From an uncultured Gemmatimonadota bacterium (GTDB lineage: Bacteria; GCA-2686955): a stretch of DNA of 62,786 nt. The DNA lies in contig CAZBBK010000008.1 of NCBI GenBank assembly GCA_964490075.1, forward strand, positions 62,001 to 124,786, in the 5' to 3' direction. This document shows positions 50,583 through 60,691 of this stretch, piece after piece; the stretch's first letter is position 1, and every line of letters begins with the position of its first letter. Position numbers and translations under genes: made by a program. The notes under the pieces were generated by a model, which ran no database searches, was not told where the DNA came from, and worked only from the letters and a program-made list of their open reading frames with translations.

Positions 50583-51001
50583 GAAGCGCCCGCATGGCCG
50601 CGATCTTCGCGGCGCTGGGGCTCTTGCCCTGCTGCGCCGGCACGCCGCCGCTCGCCTGGAGCGGCCCGCAGCAGAGCGAGGCGGGGGTGCGTTTCACGCT
50701 GCGGGCGCCCTCCGCGCATCGCGTCCAGGTGGTCGGGAGCTGGGAAGGAAACGCCTGGGGAGGGCTGGCCGAGGGCGGCGGCTGGCTCGACCCGCAACGC
50801 GGCGCCATGGCGGACCGAGACGGCGACGGCATCTGGGAGCGCACCGTGCGGCTCGAATCCGGGATCTACGCCTACCGCTTCGTCGTCGACGGCACCTTGT
50901 GGATGGTCGATCCGTCCAACCCGGAACGCACCGGCCGCTACGGATCCGAGGCTTCGATCGTAACGGTTCACCGCGCCGCAGCCGTCGCGGCGCGCCATTG
51001 A
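50579..51001 (+). CDS. Glycogen-binding-domain (CBM48-like) lipoprotein
   Basis: Lipoprotein-like signal (LLPCC); VRFTLRAPSAHRVQVVGSW, DGDGIW, GIYAYRFVVDG..DPSNP. Confidence 0.8.
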   Translation: MRSARMAAIFAALGLLPCCAGTPPLAWSGPQQSEAGVRFTLRAPSAHRVQVVGSWEGNAWGGLAEGGGWLDPQRGAMADRDGDGIWERTVRLESGIYAYRFVVDGTLWMVDPSNPERTGRYGSEASIVTVHRAAAVAARH

Positions 51002-51055
51002 CCCCCAAATTGCACTGACCTAGGTTGATTTCGCCATACCGACTACAACCGGAGA

Positions 51056-51406
51056 ATGACCATGAGTGTATCGATCGTCCCGCTCGTTCTTCTGACGGCG
51101 CTGGCCGCGCGCCCCGCCGGCGAGCAGCAAGGGGGGCCGCGCGAGATCGAGGCGGAGGTCGTTTGCATCGGGTGCGAGCTGAGGAAGAACGACGGAATCG
51201 ATTCTCAATGCAGTCTCTACGCCAAGCACGAGCACGGCTTGCTCGTGGACTCGGGCCAGATCTGGTCGATCGTCAACAATGAGACCGGACACGAGCTGCG
51301 CACGGATCACGACTTCCTCACGCGGCGGGTGCGCGTCTCGGCGCGCCCCTTGCCACGCGCCCAGTACCTGGATGTTCGAAGCGTGGAGCTGATCCCAAAC
51401 CGATAG
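51056..51406 (+). CDS. Small secreted Cys/His protein
   Basis: Signal peptide; VCIGC..QC..KHEHG; beta-rich; start may be 51062. Confidence 0.6.
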   Translation: MTMSVSIVPLVLLTALAARPAGEQQGGPREIEAEVVCIGCELRKNDGIDSQCSLYAKHEHGLLVDSGQIWSIVNNETGHELRTDHDFLTRRVRVSARPLPRAQYLDVRSVELIPNR

Positions 51407-51439
51407 ATGCCCCTCTGGGCCGCGTCGAGGCGCGAGACC

Positions 51440-54400
51440 ATGACTATCCCATTCCAGACCATCCGAACGAGGCTCCGCCTCTGCTTCGTACTCGTTTCGC
51501 TCGCCGTTGCATCGGCTTCCGGGCAGCTCTTCGGCAAGAACAAAGTCCAGTACGAGAACTGGGAGTGGTTTCTCCTCGAGAGCCGCCATTTCGATGTCTA
51601 CTTCTATGCCGGAGCCGAGGATCTGGCGGAGTTCGCGGCGATCGAATCGGAGCGCGCCCTGACCCAGATCGCGCGCGATTTCCGCTACGAGATCAGTGGC
51701 CGGATCCCGCTGATCATCTACAAATCTCACAACGATTTTCAGACCACCAATGTCACTCCCGGCCTGCTGCCCGAGGGCGTCGGGGGGTTCACCGAGTTCC
51801 TCAAACATCGCGTGGTGGTGCCCTACGAGGGCGACTACGGCCAATTTCGACACGTGCTGCATCACGAGCTGATCCACGCGGTGATGTTCGACATGCTCTA
51901 TGGCCGCTCGCTGGCCAATTTGATTGGTGGCAGAGGGTCGTTGCGGCTGCCTTTGTGGTTCAGCGAAGGACTCGCGGAGTTCGCTTCAGTGGGTTGGGAC
52001 ACCAAGGCCGACATGTTCATCAGGGACGCGGTCCTGAGTGGGACCTTGCCTCCGGTCGGTTACCTGGGCGGCTACTTCGCCTACAAAGGCGGGCAATCGT
52101 TGTTTCGTTTTCTGGGCGATCGCTACGGTCGTGAAAAGGTGGGAGAGCTGCTCGGCAACGTGCGATCGATCCGCCAGCTGGACTCCGCCCTGCAGAGCGC
52201 TTGCGGCATGACGCTCGAGGAGCTCGACAACGAGTGGCGCAAGAGCGTGCGCAAGGAGTACTGGCCGGAGATCTCCTCTCGAGAAGAACCGCAGGAATTC
52301 GCGCGCCGTCTCACCGATCACAGAGCGCTGGAGAACTACTACAACACCAGCCCAGCGATCTCTCCGGACGGGTCACGGGTGGCGTTCCTTTCCGATCGAA
52401 ATGTGTACGCTGATGTCTACTTACTGTCGACGATCGACGGCGAGGTCATTCGCAGACTGGTCAAGGGGCAGCGCAGCGGCAAGTTCGAAGAGCTGCACTG
52501 GCTGCGCCCGGGGATCGCCTGGTCACCGTCGAGCGACCGCATCGCCTTGGCCGCCAAGGCGGGGGAGCGCGACCACTTGTTCGTTATTCGGGCATCCGAC
52601 GGCGAGGTCGAGCAAGAGCTGGATTTCGACCTCGACGGCCTCTTCAGCCCGGCCTGGTCGCCGCTGGGGAATCGGTTGGCATTCGTCGGCCTGAAGGATG
52701 GGGCGTCCGACATCTATCGCGTCGATCTGGGTGACGGTACCCTGCACACGGTCACATCGGACGTCTACAGCGATACCGATCCTAGCTGGTCCCCGGATGG
52801 CGAGCGCCTGGTCTTCATCAGCGATCGAGGAGCCGACACCGTTGACGATGACGCCGCCCGTCCGATGTGGCAGCACGACTACCGCCACACAGACGTCTAC
52901 ATGGTCGACGCCGGCGGGGGGAGGATCACCAGAATCACCCACGATCCCTTCGTCGAAGAGACGCCGCTGATCGCACCGGATGGACGCCACGTGCTCTACA
53001 CGGCCGATCCCAACGGCTGTTTCAACGTCTTCGCCCAGAACATCGACAGCGGAGAGCGCTGGCCGCTCACCAATGTGCTGACCGGGGCGTTCGACATCAC
53101 CTTGTCGCGGGATGGATCGAAGTTGGTCTTCGCTTCGCTGAGCGACGCCGGGTGGGACGTGTTCGAGATGTCGAATCCGCTCGCCGTGAAGGCGGGGCAG
53201 ATCGAGCTCACTCCCACCGCATTTCGCCAGCGCGAGGCGGACGACAAGCTCTGGGCGGCGGAGAACGAGTCCCCCGAGCCGCGGGATGAGCTCGAGCCTT
53301 TGGACGTCGGCGCTCCGGACTTCGAGCGCTTCGTGTTTTCGAAGGAGAGCGTGGAGCGAGTGGGCGAGCTGGCGCAAGCTTCGGCGGGATTGGATTCAAG
53401 CGACCAATCGAACGACGTCGGCATCGCCGACTCCGTGCTGGTGGGCGCCGGATCAGCCGGAGAATCGGGTGAAGATGACGATGCCGACGACTTCAATATC
53501 AGCCGCTACTCACCCAAGTTTTCCCCCGATCTGGTTTACGGCGCCGCCGCCTACAGCCAGTATTTCGGTGTGGTAGGAGCGAGTCAGATCGCGCTCTCCG
53601 ACGTGCTCGGAAACCATCAGATCTACATCGCCACGAACCTCTACTTCGACCTCGAGAACTCGGATTTCTATGGTTCGTACTTCTACATGCCGAATCGCAA
53701 CGACTACGGATTCTCGGCCTTTCACAATGCATTCCTCTGGTTCAGCGATCGCCAGGATTTCGTCGAAGAGAAGCTCAATGAGGGTGGCTTTTCGTACCTG
53801 CCAGGCTCCTATATCTTGTTCCGAGATCGCTACTACGGAGGCGGAGTCGCCATGCGACGGCCTTTGGATCGCTTCCATCGCCTGGAAGGCGAGCTGGGAA
53901 TGGTCTTCATTGATCGGGAGTTCCTGGATCTCGATGTGGGAACGCAGCACCGCCGCCTGGTGCAGCTTGGCGCCGCCCATGTGACGGACACCGCGCTGTG
54001 GGGGATCACCGGCCCCATGGGAGGAGCGGTGTCCCGCTTCGGTATCGCGCTGAGTCCGGCGTTGACGGAGGACTACCTGAGCTTCGCCACCTTTGACGCC
54101 GATCTTCGACGCTACTTCTTGATCGGCAAGGAGTACGCTCTGGCTCTCCGGTTTTTCGGCGGGGCGTCGATGGGCGACGATCCGCAGCAGTTCTTCCTGG
54201 GCGGCATGCAGAACTGGCTCAACCGCGACTTGAGCAACGATTTTCGGATCGAGAACCTGGACGACCTCTACTTCGCGTCTTTCGCCACACCCTTGCGAGG
54301 GGCCGACTTCTACGCCCAGGTCGGACGCCGTGTGGCGCTCGCCAACATCGAATTCCGTTTTCCGATGCTGCGGCACTTGGCGCTCGGCTTTCCCTTGCCC

Positions 54401-54652
54401 ATCGAGCTCGGGAACATCCGCGGCGCGCTCTTTGCCGACGTAGGATCGGCCTGGAACAACAACTCGGATTGGCGCTTGACCTCAAGGACCGAGAGAGGCG
54501 AGCGCAGGCTCCACGATCTGCTTCTGGGCTACGGTCTAGGGGCGCGCTGGAATCTAGGCTTCTTCGTGCTGAAGCTCGATGTAGGCTGGCAGGATGATCT
54601 GAGCAGAAGAACCAAACCTCATTGGTACCTGACCCTGGGACCGGAGTTCTGA
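51440..54652 (+). CDS. Zn-peptidase (MA-like) + PD40/TolB-like propeller + Omp85/BamA-type barrel fusion
   Basis: QLFGKNKVQY; HHELIH..EGLAEF; repeated PAISPDG/PAWSP/PSWSPDG; LRG..NIEFRFP..FADVG.AW..GARW; terminal F. Start could be 51407. Confidence 0.88.
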   Translation: MTIPFQTIRTRLRLCFVLVSLAVASASGQLFGKNKVQYENWEWFLLESRHFDVYFYAGAEDLAEFAAIESERALTQIARDFRYEISGRIPLIIYKSHNDFQTTNVTPGLLPEGVGGFTEFLKHRVVVPYEGDYGQFRHVLHHELIHAVMFDMLYGRSLANLIGGRGSLRLPLWFSEGLAEFASVGWDTKADMFIRDAVLSGTLPPVGYLGGYFAYKGGQSLFRFLGDRYGREKVGELLGNVRSIRQLDSALQSACGMTLEELDNEWRKSVRKEYWPEISSREEPQEFARRLTDHRALENYYNTSPAISPDGSRVAFLSDRNVYADVYLLSTIDGEVIRRLVKGQRSGKFEELHWLRPGIAWSPSSDRIALAAKAGERDHLFVIRASDGEVEQELDFDLDGLFSPAWSPLGNRLAFVGLKDGASDIYRVDLGDGTLHTVTSDVYSDTDPSWSPDGERLVFISDRGADTVDDDAARPMWQHDYRHTDVYMVDAGGGRITRITHDPFVEETPLIAPDGRHVLYTADPNGCFNVFAQNIDSGERWPLTNVLTGAFDITLSRDGSKLVFASLSDAGWDVFEMSNPLAVKAGQIELTPTAFRQREADDKLWAAENESPEPRDELEPLDVGAPDFERFVFSKESVERVGELAQASAGLDSSDQSNDVGIADSVLVGAGSAGESGEDDDADDFNISRYSPKFSPDLVYGAAAYSQYFGVVGASQIALSDVLGNHQIYIATNLYFDLENSDFYGSYFYMPNRNDYGFSAFHNAFLWFSDRQDFVEEKLNEGGFSYLPGSYILFRDRYYGGGVAMRRPLDRFHRLEGELGMVFIDREFLDLDVGTQHRRLVQLGAAHVTDTALWGITGPMGGAVSRFGIALSPALTEDYLSFATFDADLRRYFLIGKEYALALRFFGGASMGDDPQQFFLGGMQNWLNRDLSNDFRIENLDDLYFASFATPLRGADFYAQVGRRVALANIEFRFPMLRHLALGFPLPIELGNIRGALFADVGSAWNNNSDWRLTSRTERGERRLHDLLLGYGLGARWNLGFFVLKLDVGWQDDLSRRTKPHWYLTLGPEF

Positions 54653-54655
54653 TCC

Positions 54656-55942
54656 ATGAATCGGCGCAGCGCGACATCTCGTACAGCCCGCGGGCTTTAT
54701 CTAGTGGTGGTTCTGGTCGCGCAGACCGCAGTGCAACCATCGTTCGCGGAGCCGGCAGAGGATGAGGCCGTGTTCGAGCTCGGCGCCTATGCCACGCCGG
54801 CGCGCGCCGGTGATTTGGGCTCGGTGGACGTGTTCGTCGGAGTGTCGAACGATCGCCTGCAATTCGCCAAGCGTCGCGGCCGGCTCACGGCAGAGTATAC
54901 GGTCGGGATCGACCTGTTGACCGAGGATGGGATCCGGGTGAAGGGCAAGACGATACGCCATCGACGCACGGCACGCGGCTATGGGGAGACCAACAATGCC
55001 GAGCTGCGTCAGATAACTCATGCGCGATTCGACATGGCCTTCGGCGAATTCCGCGTGGCGGTGCGGCTCCGGGACGAGGATCTGCGCAAGGAGTTCCGGC
55101 GCTCCCGCAAGATCGAGGTGAAGAGCGTCGGTCCGGGAGAGCTCGGATTGAGCGACATCATTCTGTTGGCTGATCGTGCCGAGGCGGCAGCGGGACGCTT
55201 CGACGATTTCCAATCGATCTGTTTCCAGATCAAGGCCGATCACAAACCGGCCCTCTACGCAGTGTTCCGTGCCGTGGGAGATGTCGGCGAACAGGCGACC
55301 GGTCGCGCGCTGCTCCGGCATCCTGCCGGAGAGGTGGCGCGAGACGTGCAGTTCACGTTGCCGGGGCAGGACGCGTGGCGCTTCATCGAGCTCAGCTCCG
55401 AGGGACTCCCGACCACCGCCTACGATGTCGAGATCACGCTTCGAAACGACAAGGGCCTCGAGGCGAAATCCAAGAGGAAGCTGGTGATTCGCGCCGCCGG
55501 CATGTCACCTTTGGTGGATGACCTGGACGAGGCGATCGAGCAGCTCCGTTACGTCGCCGACAACAAGCAGCGGAAGCGGATGATGGAGGCGCAGGGAGAT
55601 GAACGCAGGGAGCTCTTCGACGCCTTCTGGAAGACGCGCGACCCCTCTCCGGGAACGCCCGTCAACGAGCTGATGGACGAGTACTACCGTCGCATCCAGG
55701 AGGCCGACGCTCGTTTCCGTTGCTACAAGGCCGGATGGAAAACCGACCGCGGCTGGGTCTACGTCACGCACGGTGAACCGAGCGAGATCGAGCGCTTCCC
55801 CTTCGAGCTCGATACCCACCCCTACGAGATCTGGCGCTACTACAACCCCGATCGACGTTTCGTGTTCGTCGATCGCAACGGGTTCGGCGACTACGACATG
55901 GTCGAGAGCGAAGGCGGGAATTTTCGCTACGGAGTCGATTGA
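54656..55942 (+). CDS. GWxTD-domain protein
   Basis: FWKTRDPSPGTPVNE..EYYRR..GWKTDRGWVYVTHGEP..YEIWRY; signal peptide. Confidence 0.92.
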   Translation: MNRRSATSRTARGLYLVVVLVAQTAVQPSFAEPAEDEAVFELGAYATPARAGDLGSVDVFVGVSNDRLQFAKRRGRLTAEYTVGIDLLTEDGIRVKGKTIRHRRTARGYGETNNAELRQITHARFDMAFGEFRVAVRLRDEDLRKEFRRSRKIEVKSVGPGELGLSDIILLADRAEAAAGRFDDFQSICFQIKADHKPALYAVFRAVGDVGEQATGRALLRHPAGEVARDVQFTLPGQDAWRFIELSSEGLPTTAYDVEITLRNDKGLEAKSKRKLVIRAAGMSPLVDDLDEAIEQLRYVADNKQRKRMMEAQGDERRELFDAFWKTRDPSPGTPVNELMDEYYRRIQEADARFRCYKAGWKTDRGWVYVTHGEPSEIERFPFELDTHPYEIWRYYNPDRRFVFVDRNGFGDYDMVESEGGNFRYGVD

Positions 55943-55944
55943 CC

Positions 55945-56889
55945 CTACTGAAAGGACCCATAGGTCACGGCGATGTAGGTCACGTAGCCGATCAAGAGCA
56001 TCACCCCTTCGCGCCTGCGCACGCGGCCCGAAGTGGCGAGAATCGGCACCAGGGCGACACCGAAGAGCAGCGCGGCCGGCATGTCGAGCTGCAGGCTGCT
56101 GGGGTTCACCTTCAAGGGGCGCAGCAGCGCCGTCAAACCCAGCACCGCGCCGATATTGTAGATGTTGGATCCAACGACATTGCCCAGGCCCAGCTCTTCG
56201 TGACGCCGGAGTGATGCCAGCCAGGTCGTCGCTGCTTCCGGCAGAGATGTCCCCACCGCGACCACTGTCAGGCCGATCAAGAGCTCCGGGATTCCGAGGC
56301 TCGCTCCGATCGACACCGCCGAGTCGATCAGGAGGTTGGCGGCGAACGCGATCCCGACCAACGCCAGGATCAGAAAGGCCAGCGAGGCCGGCAGCGAGAG
56401 CGACGCAGCGCTCTCTCCCTTGGAGTCGTTCGGGCGATTGGCCGGTCGATCACCCCGGACCGAGCTCACCACGAAGATCGCCAACCCCAGCAGGAGCAGC
56501 GCGCCATCCAGCCGACCGACGGTACCGTCCATGGCCAGGACCAGCATGATCACCGTGGCCGCCAGCATCAGCGGAACGTCGCGTGTGAGCACCCGCCGGC
56601 GGGCGTTGATCGGTCGCAGCAGGGCACCACCACCCAGCACCAGGCCGATGTTCGCGATGTTGCTGCCCAGCACGTTGCCCATCGCCACGTCCTGCCGCCC
56701 CTCGAGCACCGCGATGACGCAGACGAAGATCTCCGGCGCGGAGGTTCCGAAGGCAACCACCGTGAGTCCGATGACGCGCTGGGTCATCCCGATGTGGCGC
56801 GCCAGCGCGATCGAGGCTTTGAGCAACAGCTCCGCCGTCACGTAGAGCAGCGCGATGCTGAGCGTGAGGGCGGCGAGATCGGCGGACAT
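55945..56889 (-). CDS. Calcium/sodium antiporter (YrbG-like, CaCA family)
   Basis: GLTVVAFGTSAPE..GNVLGSNIAN and GTSLPE..GNVVGSNIYN alpha repeats. Confidence 0.93.
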   Translation of the reverse strand: MSADLAALTLSIALLYVTAELLLKASIALARHIGMTQRVIGLTVVAFGTSAPEIFVCVIAVLEGRQDVAMGNVLGSNIANIGLVLGGGALLRPINARRRVLTRDVPLMLAATVIMLVLAMDGTVGRLDGALLLLGLAIFVVSSVRGDRPANRPNDSKGESAASLSLPASLAFLILALVGIAFAANLLIDSAVSIGASLGIPELLIGLTVVAVGTSLPEAATTWLASLRRHEELGLGNVVGSNIYNIGAVLGLTALLRPLKVNPSSLQLDMPAALLFGVALVPILATSGRVRRREGVMLLIGYVTYIAVTYGSFQ

Positions 56890-56924
56890 GCAGGGACCAG
56901 GAAAGGGTGTTCACGCGAGCCCCC

Positions 56925-56959
56925 AACAAAAGGGCCGACGCAGTTTCCCACGTCGGCCC
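56925..56959 (-). terminator. Intrinsic terminator of dnaK
   Basis: Minus strand GGGCCGACG-loop-CGTCGGCCC followed by TTTTGTT. Confidence 0.75.
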
Positions 56960-56991
56960 CGGTAGGCGCAGCATAATCGGCCCGCTGCCGC

Positions 56992-58935
56992 CTATTTGTC
57001 GTCTACGACTTCGAAGTCGGCGTCCACCACACCGTCCGAGCCTTCGGACTTGCTCGATGTGCTGCCAGCCGTCTGCTCCGGGCCGGGGGCGGCCCCCATG
57101 TCGGGCTGCTCGGGTCCGCCCTCTGGGCCGGCCTGCTGCTGGTAGAGCTTCTGCGCGACGGCGTGCTGAGACTCCATCAGCTCGTCCTTGGCGGCCTTGA
57201 TCGCGGCCAGATCGTCGCTGGTCACCACCTTGCGGACCGACTCGATCGCGCTCTCGATCCGCGATTTCTCAGCATCGTCGAGCTTGTCGCCGTGCTCCTT
57301 GATCAGGCGCTCCGCCTGGTAGGCGGCGTTGTCGGTCTCGTTGCGTGTGTCGACCAGCTCGCGGCGCGCGCGGTCGTCTTCGGCGTGCAGTTCCGCGTCC
57401 TTGACCATCCGATCGACCTCGCTGTCGGACAGCCCGCCGGTCGCCTCGATCTTGATCGACTGCTCCTTGCCGGTGGCCTTGTCTTGCGCCGACACGTGCA
57501 AGATGCCGTTGGCGTCGATGTCGAAGGTGACCTCGATCTGCGGCATGCCGCGCGGTGCGGGCGGAATGCCGGTCAACTGGAAGCGGCCGATGGTCTTGTT
57601 CTGCGCGGCCATTTTGCGCTCACCCTGGAGCACATGAATCTCGACCGTGTCCTGGTTGTCGGCGGCGGTCGAGAAAATCTGGCTCTTGCGCGATGGAATG
57701 GTGGTGTTGCGGTCGATCAGAGCGGTGGAGACCCCGCCCAGCGTCTCGATGCCGAGCGTCAGCGGCGTGACGTCGAGCAGCAGCACGTCCTTCACATCGC
57801 CGCCGAGCACGCCACCCTGAATCGCCGCGCCGACCGAGACGACCTCGTCCGGGTTGACGCCGCGATTGGAGTCCTTGCCGAAGAACTCCTTGACCAGTTC
57901 CTGGACGCGTGGGATGCGCGTCGAGCCGCCGACCAGGATGATCTCGTCGATCTGCGAGGGCTGTAGATTCGCGTCGGAGAGCGCCTGCCGGCAGGGCTGC
58001 AGCGTGCGCCGGAAGAGGGGATCGCAAAGAGCTTCGAACTTGGAGCGCGTGAGCGTCTTGACCAGGTGCTTCGGCCCGGTGGCGTCGGCGGTGATGAAGG
58101 GCAGGTTGATCTCGGATTGGCCGGTGGTCGAGAGCTCGCACTTGGCCTTCTCCGACGCCTCCTTCAGGCGCTGCAGCGCCATCGGATCGGATGTGATGTC
58201 GATTCCCTCCGCGCCGCGGAATTCCTCGATCAACCAGTCGATGATCGCCTGGTCGAAATCGTCCCCGCCCAGATGGGTGTCGCCATTGGTCGCCTTGACC
58301 TCGGTCACGCCGTCACCCAGCTCCAACACCGAGATGTCGAAGGTGCCGCCACCCAGGTCGAAGACCGCGATCGTCTGGTCTTTGTCCTTGCCCATGCCGT
58401 AGGCGAGGGCGGCCGCGGTCGGCTCGTTGATGATCCGCTTGACGTCGAGACCGGCGATGCGCCCGGCATCTTTGGTCGCCTGGCGCTGCGAGTCATTGAA
58501 GTAGGCGGGGACCGTGATCACGGCTTCGGTGACCGTTTCGCCCAGGTACTCCTCGGCCGTGGTCTTGAGCTTCTGCAGGATCTTCGCGGCGATCTCCGGA
58601 GGCGCGTGGAGCTTGTCGTCGATCCGCACCCGCGCGTCGCCGTTGTCGCCCGCGGCCACGGTGTAGGGGACCTCGGAGGTTTCGGTGCCGACTTCGGAGA
58701 GCTTGCGCCCCATGAAGCGCTTGATCGAGTAGACGGTCTTGGTGGGGTTGGTGATGGCCTGGCGCTTGGCGACCTGGCCGACCAGGAGCTCGCCGTCCTT
58801 GGAAAAGGCGACGACGGAGGGGGTGGTGCGCCCACCTTCGGAGTTGGGAACGACGGTCGGCTCGCCGCCTTCCATGACGGCGATGACCGAGTTCGTGGTT
58901 CCCAGGTCGATCCCGACGATCTTGCCCATGTTCAT
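56992..58935 (-). CDS. dnaK: Chaperone DnaK (Hsp70)
   Basis: [38 protein letters not shown], tail DADFEVV; start 58935 or 58929. Confidence 0.99.
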   Translation of the reverse strand: MNMGKIVGIDLGTTNSVIAVMEGGEPTVVPNSEGGRTTPSVVAFSKDGELLVGQVAKRQAITNPTKTVYSIKRFMGRKLSEVGTETSEVPYTVAAGDNGDARVRIDDKLHAPPEIAAKILQKLKTTAEEYLGETVTEAVITVPAYFNDSQRQATKDAGRIAGLDVKRIINEPTAAALAYGMGKDKDQTIAVFDLGGGTFDISVLELGDGVTEVKATNGDTHLGGDDFDQAIIDWLIEEFRGAEGIDITSDPMALQRLKEASEKAKCELSTTGQSEINLPFITADATGPKHLVKTLTRSKFEALCDPLFRRTLQPCRQALSDANLQPSQIDEIILVGGSTRIPRVQELVKEFFGKDSNRGVNPDEVVSVGAAIQGGVLGGDVKDVLLLDVTPLTLGIETLGGVSTALIDRNTTIPSRKSQIFSTAADNQDTVEIHVLQGERKMAAQNKTIGRFQLTGIPPAPRGMPQIEVTFDIDANGILHVSAQDKATGKEQSIKIEATGGLSDSEVDRMVKDAELHAEDDRARRELVDTRNETDNAAYQAERLIKEHGDKLDDAEKSRIESAIESVRKVVTSDDLAAIKAAKDELMESQHAVAQKLYQQQAGPEGGPEQPDMGAAPGPEQTAGSTSSKSEGSDGVVDADFEVVDDK

Positions 58936-59049
58936 TCACCTCTCGAATTGGGGCCGGAGTGCGCTGCTGGCCCGCGCCCCTCGCCCGCGCCCGGAGCGCG
59001 CGGGCGGATGCTGGTGAGGAGCGAGGGTGGCGGAGTTTCGGAGTCGAAC

Positions 59050-59065
59050 TGCAAGGGACGTGCCA
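59050..59065 (-). promoter_or_regulatory. sigma54 (-24/-12) promoter of dnaK
   Basis: Minus strand TGGCACGTCCCTTGCA; IHF-like TTTCAATAGGTTG at 59093-59105. Confidence 0.8.
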
Positions 59066-59188
59066 TGCCCCATGATCCCCCAGCAAGATGTCCAACCTAT
59101 TGAAAGACAATGTGTTGCTCGAGAGGTGCCGGTCCGCCCCCGCGCTCGGCGGGACTGCCAGGATGGCAGCAAACTGCCATTCTCGCTG

Positions 59189-60691
59189 TCAGCGCGGGGT
59201 GTCGGGTTGATCGTCCCAGGGGACCGCGAGATCGGAGGCGAGTACCACCGCGGTCGAACGGCGATGGAGCGGCTCGGCGGATGTCGGGGTGCAGATGGCT
59301 CCCACGATGGAGTAGCTGCCCGCCACGTGCTCGGGCTCGAAGATCAGGCTGAGGATCTCCTCGTCGACGCTGCTGTAGCCCGGCACCACGCGGTTGTACT
59401 GGCGGGAGCTGGCGAGTGCGGCGCGGTCTGGAGCTTCGATCCAGACTCGCAGATCGATTGGCGCGTCGGCGGGAGCGTCGTTGTAGATCCGCGCTTCCAC
59501 GATCAAGGTATCGCCGAAGGTGTAGTCGGTCCGCTCCGTTTGCAGCGTGATCCCCGGCGCCCCCTCGTCCTTGGCCCAAACCGACCAATCGATGGTGCTG
59601 TAGATCGTGCCATCCCCGCCGATCGTGATCGGACCGTGGAAGATCCCCTGGCCGATCCGGTACTTGAAGGTGCCGTCGGGGTAGAAGGACTGGATGTCGC
59701 CCGTGGTCGCGCCAGCGTAGATGATGCCGGCGTCGTCGATAGTCGGCGGAGCCTCGATCGGTCCCAGCAGGTCTCTGGACCAGAGCAGGTCGCCGGTCTC
59801 CTTGTCGAGCACATAGAGGTTGAAGTCGGATGAGCCGGCGACCACCTGATCGGCTCCGACGGCCAGCCCGCGCAGGAACTCGCCGCCGAGCGGATTCCAC
59901 CACGAGCTCTGGGGCGAGAGGCCGATCGCTTCGACGCTGCCCGAGAGCGTCGCCACGAACACCCGACCATCGGTGTCGATCGCCGGGCTCGCCGCCACGC
60001 CGCCGCCGTCGCTGACCGCGCCGTAATCGACGATTTGACCGCCGGGATCGACCCGCACCAGGGCCCGCCCGGGGGTCTCGGTCGGCACCAGGATCGATCC
60101 GTCCGGCAGCAGGCTCGGTGTGCTGCGGTGCGTGGCGGCGCCGAGGTCGCTGATCCAGTCGAGTCCGCCCTCGGGGCGGAGGGAGTAGAGCGAGCCACCG
60201 GCTGAGACCAGGTAGATCTGGCCGGCATCGCCGATCACCGGATCGGCCAGGAATCCGTCCCCCCCGGAGCAGTAGACCCACAGCGAGGTGCCCGTGAGCT
60301 CGTCGATTCCATGCACACAGCCCCCCGAGGAGGCCACCACGAGGAGGCCGTCCTGGCTCAGCGCGGGCGTCGAGGAGGTGGGGAAGGAGAGCCGGTGGGT
60401 CCAGAGCAAAGTGCCGTCGTGACGCACCGAGTGGATGGTCCCTTCGTCGGCGGTGTAGATCACCTGGCCGAACGATCCGCAGGTGACGCCGGTCTTGAAA
60501 GCGGTGCCGGGCAAGCTGTGGCGCCAACGGTAGCGGGCCGGCTGGTCGTGGCCGACGAAGGGCGCGCGGAAGCTGTGGCGGGCGTTCTGCCCCCACATCG
60601 GCCAGGCGGTGCCGGCCGGTTGGGCGAGGGCGCTGGCGGCGCAGAGCAGCAGGGCGAAGGCCGGAACGCAGTGGGAGATCCTCAACGCCAT
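59189..60691 (-). CDS. Secreted PQQ-like beta-propeller repeat protein with C-terminal Ig-like domain
   Basis: Signal peptide; WPMWGQNARH; repeated G..LW motifs; C-terminal beta-sandwich-like segment. Confidence 0.85.
   Translation of the reverse strand: MALRISHCVPAFALLLCAASALAQPAGTAWPMWGQNARHSFRAPFVGHDQPARYRWRHSLPGTAFKTGVTCGSFGQVIYTADEGTIHSVRHDGTLLWTHRLSFPTSSTPALSQDGLLVVASSGGCVHGIDELTGTSLWVYCSGGDGFLADPVIGDAGQIYLVSAGGSLYSLRPEGGLDWISDLGAATHRSTPSLLPDGSILVPTETPGRALVRVDPGGQIVDYGAVSDGGGVAASPAIDTDGRVFVATLSGSVEAIGLSPQSSWWNPLGGEFLRGLAVGADQVVAGSSDFNLYVLDKETGDLLWSRDLLGPIEAPPTIDDAGIIYAGATTGDIQSFYPDGTFKYRIGQGIFHGPITIGGDGTIYSTIDWSVWAKDEGAPGITLQTERTDYTFGDTLIVEARIYNDAPADAPIDLRVWIEAPDRAALASSRQYNRVVPGYSSVDEEILSLIFEPEHVAGSYSIVGAICTPTSAEPLHRRSTAVVLASDLAVPWDDQPDTPR

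Noticed and set aside
51056-51406. Possible c-type cytochrome
   Set aside because: The motif is CIGCE, not CxxCH.
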